A stretch of 64,000 bases of DNA, from NCBI GenBank assembly GCA_963674595.2, contig CAXXFV010000023.1:224001-288000 (forward strand), written 5' to 3'. Source of the stretch: a bacterium. Lineage in GTDB: Bacteria > Zhuqueibacterota > Zhuqueibacteria > Residuimicrobiales > Krinioviventaceae. Position numbers and translations under genes: made by a program. The notes beneath the pieces are model-generated. The model was not told the DNA's origin and did not search any database. It saw only the letters and a list, made by a program, of their open reading frames with translations. Every line of letters begins with the position of its first letter. Positions within the stretch are counted from its first letter, which is position 1. Shown in pieces: positions 1 through 8,759 of this stretch.

Positions 1-482
1 GCGGCTGTTAAAGATTCACCCTGTAATCCCATGAGTAAAAAGGTCTTTTTTTGCAGGATCAGGCCACCCAGCCCTAAAATAACTGCGAGAAAGATAGAAA
101 AGAGGATTCCCTGTCCAACGACCTGACTGGCTTTTTTAATCATTTTTGCACCGACAAAACGGGCCACCATGGCATTAACGCCGGTGCTGACAAGTGTTGA
201 AGCGGCTTCCAAAGCCCACAGAATAAAAGATGCTGCACTGACGCCGGCCAAAGCCTTTGAGCCCAGTTTCCCGACCCACCATGCATCAACAATGTTGAAC
301 AACATGATAAAAAACATGGAAGCCGTGGCAGGACCGGCCAGTTTTAATATTGCCTTTGTAACCGGCATGGTCGTAAGATCTGGTGATTGTTCTTCGGCAG
401 GTAATAAACTGCATCCTTCAGCAGAATTCCGCCAATCCAGCGGCGGAGGGTAATGTTCCGGGGACTTGGTATGGTCTGACAT
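1..482 (-). CDS. MATE family efflux transporter, N-terminal part (runs off the window start)
   Basis: Not in the ORF track. Manual translation from the ATG at 482 gives MSDHTKSP...MPVTKAILKLAGPATASMFFIMLFNIVDAWWVGKLGSKALAGVSAAS..., a typical MATE N-terminus (D-x3-VG-x-LG-x2-ALA). Confidence 0.85.
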   Translation of the reverse strand, partial: MSDHTKSPEHYPPPLDWRNSAEGCSLLPAEEQSPDLTTMPVTKAILKLAGPATASMFFIMLFNIVDAWWVGKLGSKALAGVSAASFILWALEAASTLVSTGVNAMVARFVGAKMIKKASQVVGQGILFSIFLAVILGLGGLILQKKTFLLMGLQGESLTA

Positions 483-708
483 TTTTGAATATCCGGTAAT
501 TTGTTAGGAAATAATATAAATAATAAAAATTGAAATACCAATACAGTTGTTTGTTTATTGATTTAATTTTTTATATTTAATCATAAATAATTCGACGTTC
601 AAGTTTCAGGTTTTAATGATTGTCCGGATTTTTATGACTTTTATACGAAAATATTTAAATTAGTTACAGACAAGCCAAGTTATTGAACTTTTAATTAAAG
701 GTACTAAC

Positions 709-2643
709 ATGCGTAAATTTGCCGGAATTCTCCTTTTCACCACTCTTGTATTTTCACCATGTTTCGCCATTGAACTGACATCACCAAATGGTCACATTCA
801 GTTAATGTTTGAAATATCGGATATTGATGGTACAACAAAATGTCCGAATTACAGCATTTTTGTTAACAAGAACGAACTGGTTGCCCCATCAGGACTTGGA
901 TTTGAACTTGCTGATGGCACGGATTTGACTCAAGATTTTGAGCTGGTGTCGGTAAATACATCGACGCATGATGAAACCTGGCGGCCCGTATATGGTGAGC
1001 GGGAGTTGATTCGGAACCATTATAATCAGATGACGGTTAAAATTGCTCGAAACACAGAACCGCAAACAATTATGGATTTGACTTTTCGCTGTTTTAATTC
1101 AGGTACCGCCTTTTGTTATACAATTCATAATGTCGGAACATCCAACGATGTGAATATAAAAGAGGAACGAACAGAGTTTCGGTTCCTGAAAGATCATACT
1201 GCCTGGACTACTGATGAAGCTCAAGATCCCTATCGTAAAACAACCATCAGCCGTGTCGGAAAGAACGCTGAACGGCCATTGACGATTCAAGCGGATTCAA
1301 CGGGTTATGCGGCTATTGCAGAAGCAAAGCTGGTGGATTATGCCCGAATGAAGCTGGCTGTTTCAGACAACGATTCATTATGTCTCTTGTCCACACTCGG
1401 CAGTCATGTCAATGCCGCGTTGCCGCTGACAACACCGTGGCGGGTGATTATGGTTGCCGACAGTCCCGGCCAATTGCTGGAACAAAACGATATAATTTTA
1501 AATTTGAATGATCCGTGCGCTATTGAAGATGTATCATGGATCAAACCGGGTAAAGTGATCCGGGAAACAACGCTGACAACAGACGGCGGCCTGGCTTGTG
1601 TGGATTTTGCTGTAAAACATAATTTGCAGTATGTAGAGTTTGACGCCGGGTGGTATGGTTTTGAACACGTTGACTCATCTGACGCGACCACAATTACAGT
1701 TGATGCAAAAAGGTCTGCCGGTCCGCTGGATTTACATCATATCATTCATTACGCTGCAAGTAAAAATATCGGAATTATTTTATATGTAAACCGGCGGGCA
1801 TTGGAAAGACAGCTTGATGAAATTCTCCCTTTATATCAAAAATGGGGTGTCAGTGGTGTAAAATATGGATTCGTACAGGTTGGTTCTCAAGAGTGGACGT
1901 CCTGGCTGCACATGGCCATACGCAAGGCGGCGGCGCATCGTCTGATGGTAGATGTTCATGATGAATACAGGCCGACAGGTTATTCCCGTACTTTTCCGAA
2001 TTTTATGACTCAGGAGGGAATACGTGGTGATGAGGAAAAACAAACCAATGATCTGGGGTTGACCACTCTCTTTACACGTCTGCTGGCCGGGGCAGGCGAT
2101 AATACAATTTGCTATTATAACAGTCGTGTGGACACCTATGCTACACATGCTTATCAGTTGGCCAAGACCGTGTGTTTCTACAGTCCCTGGCAATTTTTAT
2201 ACTGGTACGACCGGCCCCCATCATCCCGGGATAATAAAAGTGAGGCTCTCCCAAGCAATGTTATCGGGGATGAACCGGAACTTGAATTTTTTGATGCCGT
2301 GCCGACTGTTTGGGATGAAACCAGGGTGTTGGCTGCCGAGATAGGAAAATACGCTGTTATTGCCCGCCGTTCAGATAAGGAATGGTTTGTTGGCGCTATG
2401 AGCAGCGGACCCGAACGAATATTTACCTGCAATCTGGATTTTTTGAATAATGATGAGACATACCTTGCATCTATTTATAGCGACGACATGAATGCGGCAA
2501 CCCGAACTCATGTCAAAATAGAACGATTTTTGGTGAATCACAAAACAATGCTGAAAATGAATGTTTTGGAAAATGGTGGGTGTGCTGTTTACATTACACC
2601 TGCAAAGCCGGGCCTTGAAGGCGATTATCCGCTGTATGAATAA
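709..2643 (+). CDS. Glycoside hydrolase family 97 protein (secreted)
   Basis: Signal peptide; LTSPNG N-terminal domain; TPWRVIMV, SWIKPGK, DAGWYG, RTFPN, EGIRGDE, PTVWDETRVL motifs. Confidence 0.9.
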   Translation: MRKFAGILLFTTLVFSPCFAIELTSPNGHIQLMFEISDIDGTTKCPNYSIFVNKNELVAPSGLGFELADGTDLTQDFELVSVNTSTHDETWRPVYGERELIRNHYNQMTVKIARNTEPQTIMDLTFRCFNSGTAFCYTIHNVGTSNDVNIKEERTEFRFLKDHTAWTTDEAQDPYRKTTISRVGKNAERPLTIQADSTGYAAIAEAKLVDYARMKLAVSDNDSLCLLSTLGSHVNAALPLTTPWRVIMVADSPGQLLEQNDIILNLNDPCAIEDVSWIKPGKVIRETTLTTDGGLACVDFAVKHNLQYVEFDAGWYGFEHVDSSDATTITVDAKRSAGPLDLHHIIHYAASKNIGIILYVNRRALERQLDEILPLYQKWGVSGVKYGFVQVGSQEWTSWLHMAIRKAAAHRLMVDVHDEYRPTGYSRTFPNFMTQEGIRGDEEKQTNDLGLTTLFTRLLAGAGDNTICYYNSRVDTYATHAYQLAKTVCFYSPWQFLYWYDRPPSSRDNKSEALPSNVIGDEPELEFFDAVPTVWDETRVLAAEIGKYAVIARRSDKEWFVGAMSSGPERIFTCNLDFLNNDETYLASIYSDDMNAATRTHVKIERFLVNHKTMLKMNVLENGGCAVYITPAKPGLEGDYPLYE

Positions 2644-2661
2644 ATTTTGTTTTCAATTATT

Positions 2662-2693
2662 TTCGCTCCCAAGCTTTTTAGCCTGGGAGCGAA
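2662..2693. terminator. Hairpin between convergent GH97 and GH106 genes (bidirectional terminator or REP-like)
   Basis: TTCGCTCCCA-N12-TGGGAGCGAA, a perfect 10-bp stem. Confidence 0.65.
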
Positions 2694-2706
2694 GCATTTG
2701 AATCTG

Positions 2707-5700
2707 CTACTCACTGAGCAGTGTAACCGGTCCCAAAAGTCCTGAGGGTATAAGGGGAGAGTCTTTTTTATAATATTTGTGGGTCGTGAATGTAAAACGT
2801 CCGCTGGTCCGTGGCGTGCCTTGCAGCAGCCAATCCGGCCATTTTCGGTCTTTAACGCCGTCATCGGGGAATTGTTCGTCACCAATAAGCCGGTTTGGCC
2901 AAAGATTTACGATCTCTATTTCCAGAACATTGTCCTTGTCCTTTATCACATCTGTAATATCCACCTGCCAAGGTGCTGTCCATAAAACACCCAGATCATG
3001 TCCATTCAAGATTATCTTTGCCAAATGTTTTACCTCGCCCACATCCAGAAACAATCCTTTATTTTGGTCAGGAGAATAGCTGTCAGGTAAATTAAATGTT
3101 TTGTTATAAACAGCTTTTCCGGAATAGTATTTTATACCCTGTTCCGGTCTTTGGGTCCAGTCTGCAAGCTGTTCAAATATAACATGTTCCGGGCCGCCCC
3201 ACTTGGGATCAAAAGAAACGTTCCAGGGACCTGTTAATTCAGCAATTTTTGTTTTTTGAGTAAAATTGGACTTTTTATCTGTTTCTGCTGTAACAGTTTT
3301 AATATTTTTATCAAAGACGATAAAAAAGCTCTGATAAGCATCAAATTCTAATGGAATGACGATGCGTTTTTCTTGTTGTTTGTATTCCGTCAAGGTCCGG
3401 ATTTCGCCGTTCAGAGGGTTCCATAATTCAGGCGTACCGTGATCAATTCTAAAAGTGCAACCGGCATTTACAGAATTTTCCGACTTGTTCGCCACAAAAT
3501 AAATGTCCATATTTTTGGTTTTTCGGTGTGCATAACGAATGGGGGCGGTTGATTCAAAATCCGGTTCCACAGCAAGCTGTTTTAAAATGGCTGACGTTGT
3601 GTTATAGGGCGGGAACAATGACCCTGGTTCCGGTTCGGAATATTCGCCTCCCCAATAAATGGTGCCTTTACCGTATTGTCGTTCCGATTTAGATTGCGGG
3701 ATGTCAAATGAATTCCATAGTTGTGTTGCTTTTGTTTGTACTATTTTATCGCATTCGGGATAGTTTACCAGGCTTGGGGATTTTTTAGGCGGATTACCGA
3801 CAATTCTGGCGCCTTGTTTCACCAGTGCATCCAGCTTGTCAACCAGTTCCGGTGTCATGGTTTCAACATGTGGTAATACTAAAAGTTGATAACTCGCACC
3901 ACCCGGGAAAACGATTTTGTTTTCTTTAACCGAGGCTTTTTCCATCAGCATTAACGGTGAACAACCGTCAAAATTATAACCTTTACGATCGGGTATGGTG
4001 TCGTTTTCAGTAATGGCTGATTTGGGCGGCAGAAAAACCTGGGGAGCGCCTTCGGGTGTTAAATACAAAACATCCGCAACCGTGTTTCCCTGCTGAAGCA
4101 TGTGAGAACAGCGGGAGATATATGTGTGGTATTCGGAAACCATTGGCCACCAGGTTTGCCCACGGTCCCAGTGCACACCATAAGGTCCCATGGTCATACC
4201 GGGACGCAGATTGTCGCCAAGGGGTTTGTGAGCAAAAGTGTGATACATAAACCGATTTATACCGACGGCAAACGCCCAGTCACCCTGATTTTTCATAGAG
4301 CCGGGATACTGTTTCCATGCTTCGTGATGGTCGGCGGTAAACGCTTCTGCCGCACACACCGGATTGCCGTTGATATGGGCAATCGATGAAGCTTCAAAAC
4401 AACTGAATGACGAATTGAATCCAAAGTTTTTGCTCCAGAATTCACACATGGGCACATCGGCCAGGGCACCGAGATCAAGGTCTGCGCAGGGATTCATATC
4501 ATAGGGCTCGATGGAAAGTCCGAATCCATATTGACGCCCAAGTTTTTTAATATGGCCGGCATGATTTTTCAGCACCAGTTCCTGGGCTGTCAACCGGATG
4601 TCCCAGAGAAACCGTTCACTTTTTTCCAGATCATCCACGATCATTCCGGTATAGGTCGGCAGGAACGGTAACGGATCATAACCGCGACGGTTTTGAAATT
4701 TTTGACGAAAATCCTCTGTCCAGTTTTGTGCTCCCATTTCCCAACTGTCCATGTGCAGCATGGTCCAGCCGCCGCCATTGGTACTGTCGCGGGAACCCAC
4801 TTTATTTATCAGCTTACCCACAAAATTATCAAAATGATCGTCAAAATCCTGAGCGCTAAATTTATTACATTCAAAACCGAGTCCCGGTTGCGGTGCCGGA
4901 CGCGTTACAGCGCCATTGTTGCGTGTTCCAAACCGCATTATAGTCCAGTTTCCGGCCGGAACGTCCCATTCAATGGACCCATCTGCTTTCAGGCTGTCCG
5001 TCAGATTAATGATGTCATTTGTTGAGATTACGGCTCCGGATTCCGGCTCTATATAATCAGCCGGCATAGCTAAAAACGGTTTGACTCCCGGTTGTGACGT
5101 ATAAGGTGCGCGATAATAAAGTGATTTTTCATCACTATCGTTTATTCTTTCATTTCCTTTGCGAGTCGGAAATGCCAGAACAAACTTGTCTTCGTAATAA
5201 GCCAGCCATTTCTCCTTTAATTCCTCGGTCAATGCCCCTTCTCCAAAAAATGGACGACGTGGCTGTGGAACAGGCAGCTTTTGGTGTATTTTTCCCGGTC
5301 CCTGAACAGTTACCAAACCTGCAACCAGATGCAGCATGGACTGTTCCGGTTTTACCCAGGGACCGCCGCTACCGCTCCAGCCCGGTCCAACGCCGAGTGT
5401 GATCTCTATACCCAGTCGTTCTGCTTCTCTTACGGCATGTACAAAAAGGTCCTGCCATTCTTCACTGAGGAAATCCACAGGCCCACGTGGAACGCCTACA
5501 TTTACTTCCAGAAATACCAAATGACCAAGGCCTGCTTTTTTCATGGATTCCAAATCCGCTGTCATACCTTCTTTGGAAAGGTTCCCATCCATAAAATACC
5601 AGTATACACCGGGCCTGGCAGAGTTTGGCGGATTTAAAAAATCAGCCTTTAATTGTTGTTTAAAATTTTTATTGCTATTAAAACAACCTGTTAATAATGT

Positions 5701-5787
5701 TGTGATAACGAGTAATAAAATTTTTCCTATTTTTAATATGTTTGGGTATTTAGGAAAAAGTAAAGGATGATTTTTAAAATTTTGCAT
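2707..5787 (-). CDS. GH106-type alpha-L-rhamnosidase with C-terminal sugar-binding domain (lipoprotein)
   Basis: LLTGC lipobox; F-x-NPP-x-SARPGVYWYFMDGN, GPGWSGSGGPW, HMDSWE, AAEAFT, PMCEFW, C-terminal NLWPNRLIGD...SGLLGPV. Confidence 0.85.
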   Translation of the reverse strand: MQNFKNHPLLFPKYPNILKIGKILLLVITTLLTGCFNSNKNFKQQLKADFLNPPNSARPGVYWYFMDGNLSKEGMTADLESMKKAGLGHLVFLEVNVGVPRGPVDFLSEEWQDLFVHAVREAERLGIEITLGVGPGWSGSGGPWVKPEQSMLHLVAGLVTVQGPGKIHQKLPVPQPRRPFFGEGALTEELKEKWLAYYEDKFVLAFPTRKGNERINDSDEKSLYYRAPYTSQPGVKPFLAMPADYIEPESGAVISTNDIINLTDSLKADGSIEWDVPAGNWTIMRFGTRNNGAVTRPAPQPGLGFECNKFSAQDFDDHFDNFVGKLINKVGSRDSTNGGGWTMLHMDSWEMGAQNWTEDFRQKFQNRRGYDPLPFLPTYTGMIVDDLEKSERFLWDIRLTAQELVLKNHAGHIKKLGRQYGFGLSIEPYDMNPCADLDLGALADVPMCEFWSKNFGFNSSFSCFEASSIAHINGNPVCAAEAFTADHHEAWKQYPGSMKNQGDWAFAVGINRFMYHTFAHKPLGDNLRPGMTMGPYGVHWDRGQTWWPMVSEYHTYISRCSHMLQQGNTVADVLYLTPEGAPQVFLPPKSAITENDTIPDRKGYNFDGCSPLMLMEKASVKENKIVFPGGASYQLLVLPHVETMTPELVDKLDALVKQGARIVGNPPKKSPSLVNYPECDKIVQTKATQLWNSFDIPQSKSERQYGKGTIYWGGEYSEPEPGSLFPPYNTTSAILKQLAVEPDFESTAPIRYAHRKTKNMDIYFVANKSENSVNAGCTFRIDHGTPELWNPLNGEIRTLTEYKQQEKRIVIPLEFDAYQSFFIVFDKNIKTVTAETDKKSNFTQKTKIAELTGPWNVSFDPKWGGPEHVIFEQLADWTQRPEQGIKYYSGKAVYNKTFNLPDSYSPDQNKGLFLDVGEVKHLAKIILNGHDLGVLWTAPWQVDITDVIKDKDNVLEIEIVNLWPNRLIGDEQFPDDGVKDRKWPDWLLQGTPRTSGRFTFTTHKYYKKDSPLIPSGLLGPVTLLSE

Positions 5788-5820
5788 TTGTTACTCCTGT
5801 TCCAAATAAATTAACAGAAA

Positions 5821-7395
5821 TTAATCCAAAAAATCTGCAAGGTCCAGCATGGCCTGAGCGTCACGAGTTGCACAGTTAATCCAGCCTGCTTTTTGTAGTC
5901 GTTCATTATACTCCCAATAGGTGGGATAGCGGCCCGTTTCTTTGTCCTGTGCTACTGTCATAGTATTTGCCAGTTCACAAGCTTTGGCTAAATACAGAAT
6001 ATCTCCTGATGCCTCGTAAGCCTTTTGAAAAACGGCAATCAATTTGGCGGCACTGGCGTCAATGGGCACATAATAGTGATATTGTTCCAATACACAGGGT
6101 GTAATCCATTGTTCTGTAGGCCATTTTTCCTGCGGCATGGGTCGTTCCCACACAACAAACTGGTCCTCGGCAAAACGAACTATTTCCTGTGCCAGGTCAA
6201 GATATTTCGGATATTGGTCCATGTGTTCAAATAAATGGATTGCAAATGAACAAGCCAGGTGTTTGCTCAGGTTTTTGTATCCTTGACTGGGTTCCACATC
6301 CTCAAATTGTCCTTCCCAGTTCCAGGTTTTAACCGGATTTTCCAAAATCCATTGAAAGGCCCGTTCCTGGCTCGCTTGATAAGTTGTAATACCATATTTT
6401 TTATATAAATGTTCATAAAGTGTTATCATATCCATCGGCATGGTGTAATTTTCATTGACAGCCGTCCCGTCGGACCGTAATTTTAAGCGCCAGGTCCCTT
6501 CCGGGAGTTGGAGTTTCAAATAGGTGTCGGCAATATGTTTGGCCGCCTCAAAATAGATTTTATTTTGGGTTCTGTCATATAGGTCCAGATAAATCACGGC
6601 GACTCTGGCCGGATAAATAAGCATAAACTGGTCTTTATATTGATCGGCCGTTCTTTCCGTTCCGACATAAGTCGGCGGGAAATATTCCAGAGGAGCGCCG
6701 GCCGGTTCACTAACACTGATGAGATAGTGAGCAGCTTGTTCGGCAATCTGTAACGCCCTTTCCGCATTTTCAGGAGAATATTTGGAATATAACACCATAC
6801 TTTTAATGACCGCCCCGATAATTTTTGTAGGATAACAATACAGATCATAGGATGTGTCCGGTTTGCCTGTGGTCAGCCAGTTTTGATAATGGTCTAAATC
6901 AAATAGATATTTTAAAGCACCTATGGCGCTCTCCTTATAAGGCAATACCGGTTCATGGTAACCACTTTTGAATACGGCTGCCCGGTAAAATTTCCGTGTG
7001 CCGGCCGGACCGATAATTTTCGATCCTGAAAGCGCTTCTACCTCTAAAGAAACAAATCCAACCGGTAACTGCTGCCAGATGGGTGACAGGTCTGATCGGG
7101 GATTTTTTGCCGTAAACTGATATTTTTGACTATCTGATGCAATGGCGGTAAACCGATAGGAATCTGCCCCGTCGATAACCGCAAAGTCAAAGGACGGTAC
7201 ATGGATAAACCTTTTGGCGTGGATATTCCAGAACGGCTGGTTTGGACCGCTGGGCCGAACCGGTATCATGGATTCTTTTTCAGCCATTTTTATCAATGTG
7301 TTTTTGTCCGGGAAATTTATTTCATTACCACAGGAAAGGACCATCAGGCCAACCAAAGCCAGAGAAAAAATATGCCGATAACGAACTGATTTCAT
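5821..7395 (-). CDS. Uncharacterised lipoprotein, probable (alpha/alpha)6-barrel glycan-active enzyme
   Basis: VLSC lipobox; repeated helix-hairpin pattern (YFEAAKHIADTY, YLAKACELANTM); WEGQFEDV and LEQYHYYVPID motifs; co-oriented 33 bp upstream of GH106. Confidence 0.6.
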   Translation of the reverse strand: MKSVRYRHIFSLALVGLMVLSCGNEINFPDKNTLIKMAEKESMIPVRPSGPNQPFWNIHAKRFIHVPSFDFAVIDGADSYRFTAIASDSQKYQFTAKNPRSDLSPIWQQLPVGFVSLEVEALSGSKIIGPAGTRKFYRAAVFKSGYHEPVLPYKESAIGALKYLFDLDHYQNWLTTGKPDTSYDLYCYPTKIIGAVIKSMVLYSKYSPENAERALQIAEQAAHYLISVSEPAGAPLEYFPPTYVGTERTADQYKDQFMLIYPARVAVIYLDLYDRTQNKIYFEAAKHIADTYLKLQLPEGTWRLKLRSDGTAVNENYTMPMDMITLYEHLYKKYGITTYQASQERAFQWILENPVKTWNWEGQFEDVEPSQGYKNLSKHLACSFAIHLFEHMDQYPKYLDLAQEIVRFAEDQFVVWERPMPQEKWPTEQWITPCVLEQYHYYVPIDASAAKLIAVFQKAYEASGDILYLAKACELANTMTVAQDKETGRYPTYWEYNERLQKAGWINCATRDAQAMLDLADFLD

Positions 7396-7590
7396 TTATT
7401 ATCCTCATATAGATTTATATAATATACGGGAACTGTAATTATTCAGATAAAAGGGGAACAGATTGTAAAGGCCTGGTTCAAGCCATCGCTAATATAATAC
7501 AAGCATGTTGTAAAGTCAATATATGGCGGAAATATTTTGGATTTAAAAGATAGGTTTGTTGGAGGGACATAGAATATTTATTTATTTTGT

Positions 7591-7618
7591 GAGGAGACGC
7601 GATTTATTGCGTCTCCTC
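7591..7618. terminator. GC-rich hairpin downstream of 7643-8206 (terminator or REP-like palindrome)
   Basis: GAGGAGACGC-GATTTATT-GCGTCTCCTC, a perfect 10-bp stem. Confidence 0.65.
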
Positions 7619-7642
7619 TGTAATATTTTGTTTTGAATTAGA

Positions 7643-8206
7643 TCAGGATACGGTTTGTTGTTCCGTAGCATGGCTGTATTTATCTGTAGCAGCGATGACT
7701 ATTTTATCTCCGGCTGTGTTTTCATTGGCCACTGTTGCCGTATATACCCAGTCGATTTTATTACGATCCTGAATTGCTTGCCCCTGTTCCACCATGGTCC
7801 CGTCATCGTTATAAATGCTGATATCGACGTTGACGACACTAAAGTTATCAGTACAGCGAATACGTATTATGTCTCCAACACTACCGGAATAACCGCTGAC
7901 GTCAATTTCATCGATATCCGGAGCCAGCATAAAATCAGCTACACTCACATTAAATGATGTTTTTAATCCTTTGCCCCTGGCCTCGTATTCAAATTTTGAA
8001 AGCTCGTCAAGTATCTGGTTTTTTCCGTAAACTATGGCCTGTTGAACCGGCAATTGATTTGCCTTTTTACTATTTGATTGTTCGGTTTTGCTTTCTTCAG
8101 GAGAAATCGGCATTATTGTATAACCGTCTCTTTGCCTGATAACAATTTGTTCTCCAAACATGCCGGTTGCGCCATGTAAAATAATGTTTTTAGCGATCTT
8201 TGCCAT
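7643..8206 (-). CDS. Conserved hypothetical protein (N-terminal G-x-x-G-x-x-G-x-x-x-V motif, C-terminal Ig-like beta domain)
   Basis: 187-aa ORF with strong RBS AAGGAGGTGA; resembles a Bacteroidota/Chloroflexota family of unknown function as I recall it (FNV-x-VADF...P-x-I-x-x-ID-x-SGY-x-G-x-x-GD). Confidence 0.75.
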   Translation of the reverse strand: MAKIAKNIILHGATGMFGEQIVIRQRDGYTIMPISPEESKTEQSNSKKANQLPVQQAIVYGKNQILDELSKFEYEARGKGLKTSFNVSVADFMLAPDIDEIDVSGYSGSVGDIIRIRCTDNFSVVNVDISIYNDDGTMVEQGQAIQDRNKIDWVYTATVANENTAGDKIVIAATDKYSHATEQQTVS

Positions 8207-8208
8207 GC

Positions 8209-8271
8209 TTATTCACCTCCTTTTAATGATTGCTGCCGAGGTGAAACCGGAATAAAAATGTAATGAATCAT
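8209..8271 (-). CDS. Putative 20-aa leader peptide / uORF (MIHYIFIPVSPRQQSLKGGE)
   Basis: ATG preceded by GCAGGAGGTAATT; its last codons overlap the RBS of the downstream gene and its stop lies 2 nt before the next ATG. Confidence 0.45.
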   Translation of the reverse strand: MIHYIFIPVSPRQQSLKGGE

Positions 8272-8759
8272 AATTACCTCCTGCTTTTACCGGAGGTGCC
8301 CCGTGAATTCACTATCCCCACATATAGTCCATTTCATGCCATTTTTCCATCATGGGCGAATTCCCTCAAAGACACCATAGTTAACTGTTAATGTCTAATA
8401 AAATAACTGTTTGCTATAATATTTTCAGATTTTATCTGTCAGACCAACTCATCTAAATATGAAATATTAACAGTGCCGACTGGACCCACAAGCTATTTTA
8501 ATATAAATTCAAACCGTGTTGTAATTTCCCATGTTAAAATATAATGCAACATAGCTAATAATGCAACTGTTTTTTGTGAATTTAGCGAAAATTGTATGCT
8601 TTAGTTGTTTTGGCATTCATGCTGTTATCGTCAATAGCCAGATTACCGTTATGGACAGTGAAATAATACAGGAAAAATTTTATATAGGTAGAGGTGTTTA
8701 ATTCAATCCGTATCTTTGTCTTTAATTCACTCGGCTAAAAGTTTTCAGAATATAATTTT

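Noticed and set aside
169-541. ORF-track entries 169-453 (+) and 344-541 (-), and the many other short ORFs nested in long genes
   Set aside because: They are antisense or out-of-frame shadows of well-supported genes (here the MATE transporter) with no motifs of their own.
8326-8345. TGGCA-containing sequence upstream of the uORF as a sigma-54 promoter
   Set aside because: No GC dinucleotide at the required GG-N10-GC spacing.
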